64,000 nucleotides of DNA from an uncultured Desulfarculus sp. (GCA_963665125.2 CAXXUK010000001.1:2688001-2752000); one strand, 5' to 3'. Positions 1-13,040 are shown, counted from the stretch's first letter. The notes: a model not told the origin generated them from the sequence alone. Made by a program: numbers and translations.

Positions 1-813
1 GGTGAACAGCACGCAGACAAAGCCGACGACCGAAAAGACCGCCAGGCGCTTGCCGTGCCAGCCCCGCAGATAGCGGCTGTGCAGAAAACCCGCATAGACG
101 AACCAGGTGATCAGCGACCAGGTCTCCTTGGGATCCCAGCCCCAGTAGCGGCCCCAGGCCACCTCGGCCCATATGGCGCCGGTGACGATACCCACCGTAA
201 GCAGGATAAAGCCGATGACCACGGTCTGGTAGATTAACGAATCCAGAGTCAAGGCCTTGGTGCTTTCGGGGTCCGCGCTCTGGCCGGTGACGAGATACAT
301 CACGCTCAGCGCCGCCGAAACGCCGAATCCGGCGTAGCCCAGGAAGCAGGCGATGACATGGGCGATGAGCCAGTTTGACTTCAGAGCCGGTTGCAGGGGC
401 TTGATGGTCGGGTCCACGGTCTGGGCCGAGCCGCCGAAAACCGCCGTGAACACCACCGGATTGGTGGCCAACAGCACCGACAAAAAGGCCAGCGGAATGG
501 CGTACATGCCGATGCGGCGGTTTTTGGTGCGCCACTCGATGATCAAATAGATCAGGGTCAGGGTCCAACCGAAAAAGATCAATGATTCATAGAGATTGCT
601 GAACGGAGCATGCCCATAGCCCAGTTGGTATGACTCCACCCAGCGCATGATGATCGCCACGGTGTGAACCAGCCAGGTCAGGGCCGTGGCCGCGGTGGCG
701 ATCTTGCCGAAGAAATCGCGTTTGAATATGCCGTAGCAAAGGTACAACACCCAGCACAGGAAATATGCGGTGGTGAGTCCCTTGAATATCTCGATGCTAA
801 GGGTGTTGTCCAT
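1..813 (-). CDS. ccsA: Cytochrome c biogenesis protein CcsA/ResC (system II heme-binding subunit); 3' end runs off the window
   Basis: Manual translation from ATG at 813 (overlaps the ccsB stop, TGATG): MDNTLSIEIFKG...RWVESYQLGYGHAPFSNLYESL...GAIWAEVAWGRYWGWDPKETW...FLHSR; WWD motif present. Confidence 0.93.
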   Translation of the reverse strand, partial: MDNTLSIEIFKGLTTAYFLCWVLYLCYGIFKRDFFGKIATAATALTWLVHTVAIIMRWVESYQLGYGHAPFSNLYESLIFFGWTLTLIYLIIEWRTKNRRIGMYAIPLAFLSVLLATNPVVFTAVFGGSAQTVDPTIKPLQPALKSNWLIAHVIACFLGYAGFGVSAALSVMYLVTGQSADPESTKALTLDSLIYQTVVIGFILLTVGIVTGAIWAEVAWGRYWGWDPKETWSLITWFVYAGFLHSRYLRGWHGKRLAVFSVVGFVCVLFT

Positions 814-2450
814 CACTCGCTCCCGCCTTCAGTCTGCGCACGAAGATTATCGGCCAGTTTACCCAGCATCAGCTTGAGCCCGGCCTTGTTCTTGTTGGAC
901 CCGCCGGCTATGGCCACATGGCAGGAGCCCTTGGCCGGGCTTACCACGATCCAGACCTTGCGATGGGCGAAATAGAAGGCAATGATAAAACCGGCCACCA
1001 TCAGGCCGCAGCCGATGAATACGAACCACACGCCGGGGTCGTATTTGGCCGACAAACCGGTGAACGGCGTCATGTCCGCCGCGATGATTTCAACCTGGGG
1101 CGGGGCCGAGGCCGGGTCCTTGGTCTTGAAGGCCACCAGATCCATGGGCTCCGAGCCCGGAGCGTGCAGGCCTAGGCGGACCATGGGTCCCTGATAAAAC
1201 ATGCCCATGTTGAGCATGGGGTTGAAGTCGGCCAGCCAGACATGGCCGCCGCCGGGCAACATCTGCCGGGCCTCTCCCTTGGGGCTGAAGGTAACCTTGA
1301 AAGGTTGGCCCATTCCGTCGATGGTCACTTCCAGCTTTTGGACATATACCGCCCTTTCGTCTTCTGTGGTCTGCAGATCGCTGATCACGGCGCTAACGGA
1401 TTTGCGGCCCGAACCGGGCCCGAAAAGGGCCATCGAGCGGGGTCCGGCATTGGGCAGGCTGAGCATGACGCGGGCCCACTCGCCCTTGTAATTGGGGCCC
1501 TTGTCCCGCAGGGCCGGGCTGACGCGCAGACTGACCGAGACGCCGCCGGGCAGATCCACCGTGCCTCCGGCGGCGATGTCGGCGCTGACTGCGGCATCCC
1601 CATCCTTGATCATCAGTTTGACCTTGGTCAGGTCGTAGCCGTAAAAGGACTGGTAAAAGTCGATGCCGCCGAAACCGGCCGGGTCGTTGACAATGATGTC
1701 CCTGGTGAGGACGTCCTTGCCGTCCTGGACGAACGTCAGTTTGGAGCGGTATTCACTGACCTGACCCGTGTCGTAGTAGTCGATGTTGAACTTATCCAGC
1801 CTAACGCTGAAGGGCAGTTTGTGGCCGCCGCCGCTTTCCAGGGCCACCACGTCGGCCTGTTTGCCCTGGGGAATGCGCATGGTGCCGTCAAAGCCGACGA
1901 TCAGGCCGATAATGGCGCCGATGAAGATTATCAGCACCGACATGTGCACCACGTATACGCCCAGGCGCGACCAGGCGCCCTTTTGGGCGAAAAGCGTGGT
2001 CTTGCCCCCATCGGCGGCCTTATGCACCGCGCCGAACGGGACCAGCAGCTTTTCGGCCTTGGCCACGGCCGATGCGGCGTCAACCGGCAGGTCCAGCTCA
2101 ATGTTGGGCTTGCGCGCCTTGGACAGCTCCTTGGCCGGGTCGGAGCGCATCAGCCGCAGGGTCAGGGGCAGCCGCTCGATGGAGCAGATAACCAGGTTGG
2201 CCGCCAGCATGGCCAAAAGGAACAGGAACCACGGCGCATGATAGGTGTCGTTCAGGCCCAGTTTCAGGGCCGTGGCGGCGAACGCACCGAAGTAGCTGTG
2301 GTAAAAGGCTTCGGGCTGGTTTTGGGGGACGATGGTGCCGATGATTGAAAATACGGCCAGGGCCAAAAGCAGGATCAGCGCCAGTTTGACCGAGGCCAGA
2401 AAATCCCACAGGCTGCGTCCGAAAGAGGGCTTGGCTTTATCTTTGCTCAC
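813..2450 (-). CDS. resB: Cytochrome c biogenesis protein ResB/CcsB
   Basis: LASVKLAL...IGTIVPQ, YHAPWF, LGVYVVHMS, YDPGVWFVFIG motifs; translationally coupled to ccsA. Confidence 0.92.
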   Translation of the reverse strand: MSKDKAKPSFGRSLWDFLASVKLALILLLALAVFSIIGTIVPQNQPEAFYHSYFGAFAATALKLGLNDTYHAPWFLFLLAMLAANLVICSIERLPLTLRLMRSDPAKELSKARKPNIELDLPVDAASAVAKAEKLLVPFGAVHKAADGGKTTLFAQKGAWSRLGVYVVHMSVLIIFIGAIIGLIVGFDGTMRIPQGKQADVVALESGGGHKLPFSVRLDKFNIDYYDTGQVSEYRSKLTFVQDGKDVLTRDIIVNDPAGFGGIDFYQSFYGYDLTKVKLMIKDGDAAVSADIAAGGTVDLPGGVSVSLRVSPALRDKGPNYKGEWARVMLSLPNAGPRSMALFGPGSGRKSVSAVISDLQTTEDERAVYVQKLEVTIDGMGQPFKVTFSPKGEARQMLPGGGHVWLADFNPMLNMGMFYQGPMVRLGLHAPGSEPMDLVAFKTKDPASAPPQVEIIAADMTPFTGLSAKYDPGVWFVFIGCGLMVAGFIIAFYFAHRKVWIVVSPAKGSCHVAIAGGSNKNKAGLKLMLGKLADNLRAQTEGGSE

Positions 2451-2468
2451 ACTCGCTTCGCTTTTTGT

Positions 2469-2630
2469 CTAGCATATTGTTGAAAAAGTCCGTCCTGGCC
2501 TTTTTCAACAGTTCCTTGGTAAAAGCTTGGTTTTACCAAGGAACTCAATTTGCTTGTTTCTTCTAAACTGCGCAAATTGGCGGGCCGCCCATGGCCCGCC
2601 TGGCAGGCTGTTCGAGAGCAACCTGCCAGC
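2469..2630. repeat. Intergenic element of five consecutive inverted repeats (MITE/REP-like or structured RNA)
   Basis: Stems at 2478-2510, 2511-2544 (14-bp perfect), 2546-2579, 2579-2600 and 2600-2629. Confidence 0.6.
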
Positions 2631-2690
2631 TACCGATTGCCGCCATAGCGGGTAAGCCTACCAGACAAGCCGATTTTTTGACAATAATAC

Positions 2691-3692
2691 TCATTCCGCG
2701 GCGCAGGTCATGGACTTGAAGCTCACCGTGCCCCGGCCCAGAAGGTCGTGGAGGTGGACTATGCCGATGAGCCTGCCCTTTTCCACGATGGGCAATACGG
2801 TGATGAGCTTTTGCTCCATGATGTGCAGGGCCTCGGCGGCCATTTCCCCGGGGTCGATGGTGCGGGGGGAGCGGGTCATGAATTGCTTGACCCCGGCATC
2901 GGCCAGGCTGCGCCCGGCCACGATGGCCCGCCGCAGGTCGCCGTCGGTGAACAGGCCCAAAAGTTCGCCGCCGGGCTTGCCGTCGGCCGTGACAAACACC
3001 GAACCCAGATCGCCGGCGTTCATCACCTCCACGGCGAGGGCCATGGTGGCCTCCGGGCCCACGGTGGGCATATCGCTCACCGGCATCATCACCTCGCTGA
3101 CGGCCATGGCCAGGCGTTCGCCCAGCTTGCCGCCGGGGTGGTGGCGCTTGAAATCTTCGGGCTTGAATTGGCGCAGTTCCATCAAGACAACGGCCAAGGC
3201 GTCACCCACGGCCATGCAGGCGGTGGTGGAGGCCGTGGGGGCCAGGTTGAAGGGGCAGGCCTCGCGCTCCACGCCGGTGTCGATAACCGCGTCGGCGGCC
3301 AGGGCCAGGGCCGAATCAAGGCCGCCGGTCATGGCCACCACCTTCGCGCCATGGTTGCGCAGGGATGGCACCAGGTTGACCAACTCCTCGGTGCCGCCGC
3401 TGTTGGACATGGCCAGCACCACGTCGCCGGGGTAGACCATGCCCAGGTCGCCGTGCAGGGCCTCCACCGGGTGCAGAAAAATGGCGCTGGTGCCGGTGGA
3501 ATTGAGGGTGGCCATGATCTTGCGGGCGATTATGCCGCTTTTACCGATGCCGGTGGTGATGACCTTGCCCTTGGAGGCGATGATCATCTCCACGGCCTTA
3601 TCGAATCCGCTGTTGAGCCGCCGCTTGACGCGCTCCAGGGCCTCGATTTCGATGGACAGGACCTCGTGGGCCCGTTGCATCACATCAGTCAA
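2691..3692 (-). CDS. kdsD: Arabinose-5-phosphate isomerase (KpsF/GutQ family, SIS + CBS pair)
   Basis: TGIGKSG, FLHPVEALHGDLG, LAPTASTT, HPGGKLG motifs; C-terminal CBS domains. Confidence 0.93.
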   Translation of the reverse strand: MTDVMQRAHEVLSIEIEALERVKRRLNSGFDKAVEMIIASKGKVITTGIGKSGIIARKIMATLNSTGTSAIFLHPVEALHGDLGMVYPGDVVLAMSNSGGTEELVNLVPSLRNHGAKVVAMTGGLDSALALAADAVIDTGVEREACPFNLAPTASTTACMAVGDALAVVLMELRQFKPEDFKRHHPGGKLGERLAMAVSEVMMPVSDMPTVGPEATMALAVEVMNAGDLGSVFVTADGKPGGELLGLFTDGDLRRAIVAGRSLADAGVKQFMTRSPRTIDPGEMAAEALHIMEQKLITVLPIVEKGRLIGIVHLHDLLGRGTVSFKSMTCAAE

Positions 3693-5108
3693 CTAGCATT
3701 TCTCCAGGGCGAACTTACCCTGACAGTCTTCCACGGCCACGGGGTAGTTACCGTCGAAGCAGGCCAGGCAGAAGCCCTCCTTGCTGGTGTGGGTGCCTTC
3801 CAGAAGCCCGTCGATGGACAGATAACCCATGGTGTCCAGGCCGATCATGTCGCGGATTTCATCCACCGAATGGTGGGCGGCGATAAGTTCGCCCTTGGTG
3901 GAGAAGTCGATGCCGTAGTGACAGGGGAACCTGTGCGGCGGGCAGGAGACCAGCATATGCACGCTGGCCGCCCCGGCCTGGCGGATGTTGGCCACGCGGG
4001 CCTTGGTGGTGGTGCCCCGGATCACCGAGTCCTCGACGATTACGACACGTTTGCCCTTGATCAGATCCTTGACCGGGTTGAGCTTGACGCGCACGCCGAA
4101 GTCGCGCATGTCCTGGCTGGGCTGGATGAAGGTGCGGCCCACGTAGTGGTTGCGGATCATGCCGAACTCGAAGGGCATGCCGCTGGCCGTGGCATAGCCC
4201 AGGGCGGCGTAGTTGCCGCTGTCGGGGAAAGGCATGATGAAGTCGGCTTCCAGATCCGGATATTCCTTAGCCAGTTGAGCGCCCTGGCACTTGCGCACCT
4301 GGTACACGGTCTGCTGGAAGATCTGCGAATCGGGCCGGGCGAAATAAATGAACTCGAAGATGCAGTGGGAGTGGCGCTCGGGCGGGAAGGGTTTGAGGCT
4401 TCTGAGCCCGTGTTTGTTGATGAAGATCACTTCACCGGCCTCGACCTCGCGGACGAACTCGGCGTCGATGAGGTCCAGGGCGCAGGTCTCGGAAGCCACC
4501 ACCCAGGCGTCGCCCAGGCGGCCCAGGCACAGGGGCCGGAAGCCCTTGGGGTCCCGGGCGGCCACCAGCGTGTCCTCGGTCATGAACAGGAAGCAGTACG
4601 CGCCGCGCAGGTGTTGCAGGGCCTCCAGCAGGGCGTCTTCAAAGCCCATGTGGATATTGCGGGCCAGCAGGTGCATGACGATCTCGGAGTCCATGCTGGT
4701 CTGGAAGATGGAACCTTCCATCTCCAAGCGGCGGCGCAATTGGGCGGCGTTGACCAGGTTGCCGTTGTGACCCACGCACAGGGTGTGGCCGGCATGGTTG
4801 ATGATGAACGGCTGGGCGTTGTTCAAAACCGAGGAACCGGTGGTCGAATAGCGCACGTGTCCACAAGCGGCGTGTCCCTTCAAGCGGGCCAGGTCGCGCT
4901 CCTTGAACACCTCGGGCACCAGGCCCATGCCCCGCTTTTCGTAGATCAGCCTGCCGTCGGTGCTGACGATGCCCGCTGATTCCTGGCCCCGGTGCTGCAA
5001 GGCGTACAGACCGTAATAGGTCAGACGTGGGGCGTCGTCATGGCCGAAAACGCCGAAAACGCCGCAATAATCTTTGGCCTTGGGCCGCAAATCCATCTTA
5101 GGGCACAT
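3693..5108 (-). CDS. purF: Amidophosphoribosyltransferase (Fe-S type with propeptide); start may be 5096
   Basis: CGVFG nucleophile, LQHRGQESAG, HVRYST, CIFEFIYFARPDS, VEDSVIRGTT, CLACF. Confidence 0.97.
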   Translation of the reverse strand: MCPKMDLRPKAKDYCGVFGVFGHDDAPRLTYYGLYALQHRGQESAGIVSTDGRLIYEKRGMGLVPEVFKERDLARLKGHAACGHVRYSTTGSSVLNNAQPFIINHAGHTLCVGHNGNLVNAAQLRRRLEMEGSIFQTSMDSEIVMHLLARNIHMGFEDALLEALQHLRGAYCFLFMTEDTLVAARDPKGFRPLCLGRLGDAWVVASETCALDLIDAEFVREVEAGEVIFINKHGLRSLKPFPPERHSHCIFEFIYFARPDSQIFQQTVYQVRKCQGAQLAKEYPDLEADFIMPFPDSGNYAALGYATASGMPFEFGMIRNHYVGRTFIQPSQDMRDFGVRVKLNPVKDLIKGKRVVIVEDSVIRGTTTKARVANIRQAGAASVHMLVSCPPHRFPCHYGIDFSTKGELIAAHHSVDEIRDMIGLDTMGYLSIDGLLEGTHTSKEGFCLACFDGNYPVAVEDCQGKFALEKC

Positions 5109-5205
5109 TGGAGCTATCCTCGTTGTATTTGGGGGCCGTGAATCAATTAAGCACCGCCCAAGCCGTAACTATATGCCACATGGCCTTTGTTTGCCAACCA
5201 CAGGG

Positions 5206-8445
<3,240 letters not shown>

Positions 8446-8467
8446 TTGCCTATTTGCTCTCAGTAAT

Positions 8468-8491
8468 AAAAAACGGGCCTTGTTAGCCCGC
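8468..8491 (-). terminator. Terminator-like hairpin between carA and carB
   Basis: Minus strand GCGGGC-TAACAAG-GCCCG-TTTTTT. Confidence 0.45.
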
Positions 8492-8499
8492 CTAATGCT

Positions 8500-9681
8500 C
8501 TATTGCGCGGCCCCGGTGGCTATTCCCAGGGGCTTTCTGGTCCTCATCATCTCCTCGAACCGGTCGAAGAGGTAATCGGCGTCATGCGGACCGGGGCTGG
8601 CCTCCGGGTGGTACTGCACGCAGAACAGCGGCAGCTTGCGGTGGGCCAGTCCTTCCAGGGTCCGGTCGTTGAGGTTCAAGTGGGTCATCATGATATCGGC
8701 GCCGGTCAGGGTGTCGCTGTCGACGCAAAAGCCGTGGTTCTGGCTGGTGATCTCCACCTTGGTGGTGGCGATGTCCATCACCGGCTGGTTGGCTCCCCGA
8801 TGCCCGAACTTCAGTTTGAAGGTCTTGCCGCCCAGGGCCTGGCCGATCATCTGGTGGCCCAGGCAGATGCCGAATGTTGGAACCAGGCCCATGAGCTTTT
8901 TCATGGTCTCGACCACGTAGGTCACCGCCGACGGGTCGCCGGGGCCGTTGCTCATGAACAGGCCGTCGGGGTTCAGGCGCTGGATCGTCTCGGGCGGTGT
9001 GTTGGCCGGCAACACGACCAGGTTGCAGCCGCGCTGCTCCAGGCGGCGCAGGATGTTGTATTTGATGCCGCAATCCAGGGCGGCCACCCTGAATTGGCCC
9101 TGGCCCATGGCCCAGATTGCCTCGGCGTCGAAATCGCCCTCCAGGTCGAGTTCCCCGGCGGGCTTGCCGTCGGCCCAGCGGTAGGCCTTTTCACAGGTCA
9201 CGTTCTTGACCAGGTCGATGCCCACCAAACCGGGGCTGTCCTTGGCCTTTTGCACCAGGCTTTGCGGGTCCAGATCCTCGGTGCTCAATACGCCCTTCAT
9301 GGCCCCCCGCATGCGCAGATGCCGGGTCAGGGCGCGCGTGTCCAGGCCCTCCACGCCCAGCACTCCGGCCTCTTCCAGGTATTGTTTGAGGCTCATGGTC
9401 GAGCGGAAATTGCTGGGGAAATCGATGTATTCCTTGACCAGAAAGGCGGAGACCTGCACGGCCGCGCTCTCGACGTCCTCGGGGTTTACTCCATAGTTGC
9501 CGATGAGCGGATAGGTCATGGTGACCATCTGGCCATGATAGGAAGGATCGGTGAGCACTTCCTGGTAGCCGGTCATGGCCGTGTTGAAACAGACCTCGGC
9601 CGCCACCTCGCCGCTGCCGGCAAAGGCGCGGCAGGGGAAGGTCGTGCCGTCCTCCAGAGCCAGTAGAGCCTTTTTCGCCAT
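8500..9681 (-). CDS. carA: Carbamoyl-phosphate synthase small subunit
   Basis: Start MAKKALLALEDG at 9681 (TAATG overlap with upstream ORF); FNTAMTGYQE, SNGPGDP, GICLGHQ, QYHPEASPGP. Confidence 0.98.
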   Translation of the reverse strand: MAKKALLALEDGTTFPCRAFAGSGEVAAEVCFNTAMTGYQEVLTDPSYHGQMVTMTYPLIGNYGVNPEDVESAAVQVSAFLVKEYIDFPSNFRSTMSLKQYLEEAGVLGVEGLDTRALTRHLRMRGAMKGVLSTEDLDPQSLVQKAKDSPGLVGIDLVKNVTCEKAYRWADGKPAGELDLEGDFDAEAIWAMGQGQFRVAALDCGIKYNILRRLEQRGCNLVVLPANTPPETIQRLNPDGLFMSNGPGDPSAVTYVVETMKKLMGLVPTFGICLGHQMIGQALGGKTFKLKFGHRGANQPVMDIATTKVEITSQNHGFCVDSDTLTGADIMMTHLNLNDRTLEGLAHRKLPLFCVQYHPEASPGPHDADYLFDRFEEMMRTRKPLGIATGAAQ

Positions 9682-10898
9682 TAGACACCCTTCAGCCCCT
9701 GCACCACCGACGAGGGGTCCAGAGGCCGTACGTTTTGGACAATAAATTCGCGCACCGCCTCGCCCGGCGGCGTGCCTTGTTTGTAACACACAAAGTCGAG
9801 TTTGACACCAAGCTTGGCCGCAACTTTTGTGGCCAACAGCGGCCAAACCACGCCCAAATCACCGATTATCGGCAACGAGCCGGGCAAACGGGCAAATCCG
9901 CTCATCTCCATGCGGAAGGGCAGATCGAACCCAGCGGCCTTGGGCAGGCCCTTGTCGATGGCCACGGCCACGGCCCCGCCTTGGCGCTCAAGCCGCCAGG
10001 CCCGTTCCAGGGTCGGGTCCAGGTCGATGCGCACCACCCGCTTTTGCTCCAGGGAGAATGTCTTCAGGCCCTCGTAGCGGGCCCACAGGCCATGGCCGGT
10101 GAACAGTTCGAAGGGCCCGTCGTGGATCTCCTGGGCCAGGGCCAAGCCGCTTTCTATTATTATATCGGACTGCGCAAGGGCCTGGGCCACCAGGGCCGAA
10201 CGGCGGCTGATGGGCACGCTGTCGCCCACGGCCAGGCCCACTTGGCCGCCGCCCACGAGCTGGGGCACCGTCACCAGACAGGGCGCGCCCCGCTTGGCGC
10301 AGGCGCCGAGCATGGTCAATTCGTCGCAGCCCAGGCCGGCCACGGCCTCCAGGGGCAGACCCGCGCCCTTGGCCATGCCCAGCAGCCGCCGGGCCTCGCT
10401 CTCCACCCACATGCCGGTGGGATAGGCCAGGTTGCCGGCGACCTTGATTATTTCATTGCCCGGCGCGGAAAGCAGCCGCCTGAGCAGGTCCAGGTCCAGG
10501 TGCACCCGCCGGGCCATTTCCTCGATCACCGCCGCGCCGGCCAGGGAGACCTCCACCTTGCCGTTATGGGGCAGCACATCCGGGGGCAGGCCGATCATGG
10601 CCCCGTCCACCCGGCGCACCCGCTCCAGGCTTCCGGCCATCTCGTGGCCCACCACGGCGCTGGAGGTGAGCACCCCGTCCACCAGGCCCAGGCGCACCAG
10701 TTCGGCCACCATGCAGGTGGCTCCCTCGTGGAGATTGGGCCCGCTGCCCGTGGCCACCAGCACGTTGCCGCCACGGGCCTTGACCTGGGCCCAGGCCTCT
10801 GCCGCCTCCTCGATGGCCGACAATGCCTCGCCGCCCAGCCGCTGTTCCAGTTTGGCCAGCATCTCGGGCTCTATGTGGGGAGGCCGGGGTTTGTCCAC
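9681..10898 (-). CDS. Hypothetical protein, possibly deoxyhypusine-synthase-like fold
   Basis: 405-aa ORF coupled at both ends (waaA TAG/GTG overlap; TAA/ATG overlap with carA); segment VATGSGPNLHEG...LVRLGLVDGVLTSSAVVGHE. Confidence 0.75.
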   Translation of the reverse strand: MDKPRPPHIEPEMLAKLEQRLGGEALSAIEEAAEAWAQVKARGGNVLVATGSGPNLHEGATCMVAELVRLGLVDGVLTSSAVVGHEMAGSLERVRRVDGAMIGLPPDVLPHNGKVEVSLAGAAVIEEMARRVHLDLDLLRRLLSAPGNEIIKVAGNLAYPTGMWVESEARRLLGMAKGAGLPLEAVAGLGCDELTMLGACAKRGAPCLVTVPQLVGGGQVGLAVGDSVPISRRSALVAQALAQSDIIIESGLALAQEIHDGPFELFTGHGLWARYEGLKTFSLEQKRVVRIDLDPTLERAWRLERQGGAVAVAIDKGLPKAAGFDLPFRMEMSGFARLPGSLPIIGDLGVVWPLLATKVAAKLGVKLDFVCYKQGTPPGEAVREFIVQNVRPLDPSSVVQGLKGV

Positions 10899-12211
10899 TA
10901 AAGCACTCCCTTGCGGTCAAGGTGCTCCATTATCAATTCAGCGGCGTTTTTGGCCGCGCCGGACCAGCCCGCGACAACCTCGCGGCCAGCCCGTCCGGCC
11001 TGGGAAGCCCGCCGGGGTTCATCCAAACAATTTTGCCAGAAATCAGCCAACTCCGCCGCACCGGCCACGGTATGGCCGCCGCCCGCCTGTTCCAGGGCCG
11101 TCCGGGCGTCGGCAAAGTCATCCATGTCCGGACCATAGGCCACGGGCCGGGCCCAGGCCGCCGGTTCCATGGGGTTCTGGCCGCCAAGAGGCACCAAGCT
11201 GGCCCCCACGAAAACGGCTTCGGCCAGACCGTACAGGGCCATCAGCGCGCCCATTGTGTCGATGACCACCACGGCGCAATCACGGGGCCTTGGATTGTCT
11301 TCGCCCAGGCCGGACCAGGCGCATACGCTCAACCCCGCCCGCCGGGCAGCCTCCAGCCACTGGGGGGCCCGTTCCACATGCCGGGGGGCCACGGCCAGTA
11401 CGGCGTTTGCATGGCTTTTGCGCACCCTGGCGAAGGCCCCAATAACGGCGTCTTCCTCGCCCGTGCGCACGCTGCCGGCCACCAACAGCGGCGCGCCTCG
11501 CAGATTCAATACGGCCTTGGGTCCGGGCAAAATTTCCGTACGGGCCTTATCCAATAATCCGGCATATTTGGCATTACCGTCAACCGTTACCCGTCCCGGC
11601 TGGGCTCCCAGGCCGCAGACCCGCCGGGCGTCTTCGGAGGTGATCATGCTCAGGCGGCGGTAATGGCCCAGAGCCGGAGCCATGAGCCAGCGCATGCGGC
11701 GGTAGCCGGGGTAGGAACGGGGGCTGATGCGGCCGTTGAGCATCAGGCAGGCCGCGCCCCGCCGGTCCAGCAGTGCCAGCAGGTTGGGCCAGATCTCGGT
11801 TTCCAAGGAAGCGAAGACATGGGGCCGGATCGCCCCGGCGGCCCCGGCCACGGACCAGGGCAGATCCAGGGGAAAGGCCATGACCCCGGCCCGGCCGCCG
11901 AAGACCTCATGGGCCCGCTCCAGGCCTTTGGCCGTGGAGGTGCTGACGGTCAGATTGACATGGGGAGCCATGGACCAAAGATGGTTGGCAATGGCCTCGG
12001 CCACGGCCACCTCGCCCACGCTGACGGCCTGCAACCAGACTCTGGGGCCTTCGGGGGCCGAAGGCATGCCGCCGTACAGGCCCAGGCGGGGCCAGACATC
12101 GCCCCAGCTCCCGGCCAGGCGCGAGCCAAACCACAACGCGGGCAGGGCCAGACAGCCCGCGCCCAACGCGGCATTGTAAATTATAAGTGATCGATCCATG
12201 AGTGCAGCCAC
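10898..12211 (-). CDS. waaA: 3-deoxy-D-manno-octulosonic acid (Kdo) transferase
   Basis: WLQAVSVGE, ETEIWPN, NGRIS, GNAKY, APRHVER, GGQNPMEPA motifs. Confidence 0.95.
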   Translation of the reverse strand: MAALMDRSLIIYNAALGAGCLALPALWFGSRLAGSWGDVWPRLGLYGGMPSAPEGPRVWLQAVSVGEVAVAEAIANHLWSMAPHVNLTVSTSTAKGLERAHEVFGGRAGVMAFPLDLPWSVAGAAGAIRPHVFASLETEIWPNLLALLDRRGAACLMLNGRISPRSYPGYRRMRWLMAPALGHYRRLSMITSEDARRVCGLGAQPGRVTVDGNAKYAGLLDKARTEILPGPKAVLNLRGAPLLVAGSVRTGEEDAVIGAFARVRKSHANAVLAVAPRHVERAPQWLEAARRAGLSVCAWSGLGEDNPRPRDCAVVVIDTMGALMALYGLAEAVFVGASLVPLGGQNPMEPAAWARPVAYGPDMDDFADARTALEQAGGGHTVAGAAELADFWQNCLDEPRRASQAGRAGREVVAGWSGAAKNAAELIMEHLDRKGVL

Positions 12212-12229
12212 CGGCCAATGGTTCGCCCT

Positions 12230-12258
12230 GTTATAACCGTGAGTTGGGCGGGCGTCAA
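12230..12258 (-). promoter_or_regulatory. Sigma70-type promoter of the waaA-car-purF operon
   Basis: TTGACG (12258-12253), 17 nt, TATAAC (12235-12230). Confidence 0.6.
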
Positions 12259-12282
12259 GCGGCCAGCGGCAAAGGCCGGAAA

Positions 12283-12999
12283 TTACCTCGGTTGGTTATC
12301 TTTTAAGCTCCTGATTTCGGCGGTCACGGCCGTGACGGCGAATTTGCGGAACAGGTGATAGAAATAGATACCCAGGACCTCCAGGGCCTCGACACCCCTT
12401 TCATAAAATTCGTCCTCGCCGAGTTCTTCATAATATGTCCGGGAAAAGGCCGCGGTTATATCTCCGACAGCATCCCGGAGATGCTCGGCGGCCTGGCGCA
12501 GGGGCTCCGGCGGGAAGCCGTCGCCCGGCCCCAGGCCCAGCCTGTCCATCTCCACCAGCAACTTGGCCAGGTTCATGTCCATGGCGCTGTAGACTTTGGC
12601 CCCGTCCTTTAGCCTGGGCGTCAGCAGGCCCCATTCCTCAAACCGGGCCAAACAGGCGGGGTTCATGCCGGTAAGCCCGCAGAACTCTTCCTCGCCGTTG
12701 ATTTCCCGGGGCAGCAGTTGCAGCGCGGGCGTGAAATATTCGCTTTGCAGCCTGAAGATGGCCTTGTCCTGCTTGGATATTTTTTTCTGGCGGGTGACGA
12801 TGCGCTTGATCACCGAAATCGGCAGATAGTGCTGTTCCTGGAGTTGCCTGATCTGGCGGATCAACTCCACATAGCTCTCGTCGTATTCGGCCAGGCGTTT
12901 GCCGCGCATGGGCGGCCTGGGCAGCAGGCCCTCCCGCAGATAATACTGGATCGTCTCCTTGGGCACGGCGGCCGTTTTTGCCAGTTCTGCGAGTTTCAA
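12283..12999 (-). CDS. MerR-family transcriptional regulator
   Basis: LAELAKTAAVPKETIQYYLREGLLP MerR HTH; TTG start preceded by GGAG. Confidence 0.85.
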   Translation of the reverse strand: MKLAELAKTAAVPKETIQYYLREGLLPRPPMRGKRLAEYDESYVELIRQIRQLQEQHYLPISVIKRIVTRQKKISKQDKAIFRLQSEYFTPALQLLPREINGEEEFCGLTGMNPACLARFEEWGLLTPRLKDGAKVYSAMDMNLAKLLVEMDRLGLGPGDGFPPEPLRQAAEHLRDAVGDITAAFSRTYYEELGEDEFYERGVEALEVLGIYFYHLFRKFAVTAVTAEIRSLKDNQPR

Positions 13000-13040
13000 T
13001 CATATCTCCATTAATTATTTTTAATAGTTAATTACATAGT

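Noticed and set aside
9682..9846. N-terminal extensions in the ORF track for carA, and likewise 23299-23379, 39007-39297, 54383-54430 and 61841-62191
   Set aside because: They overlap upstream genes or precede better RBS-supported starts where family homology begins
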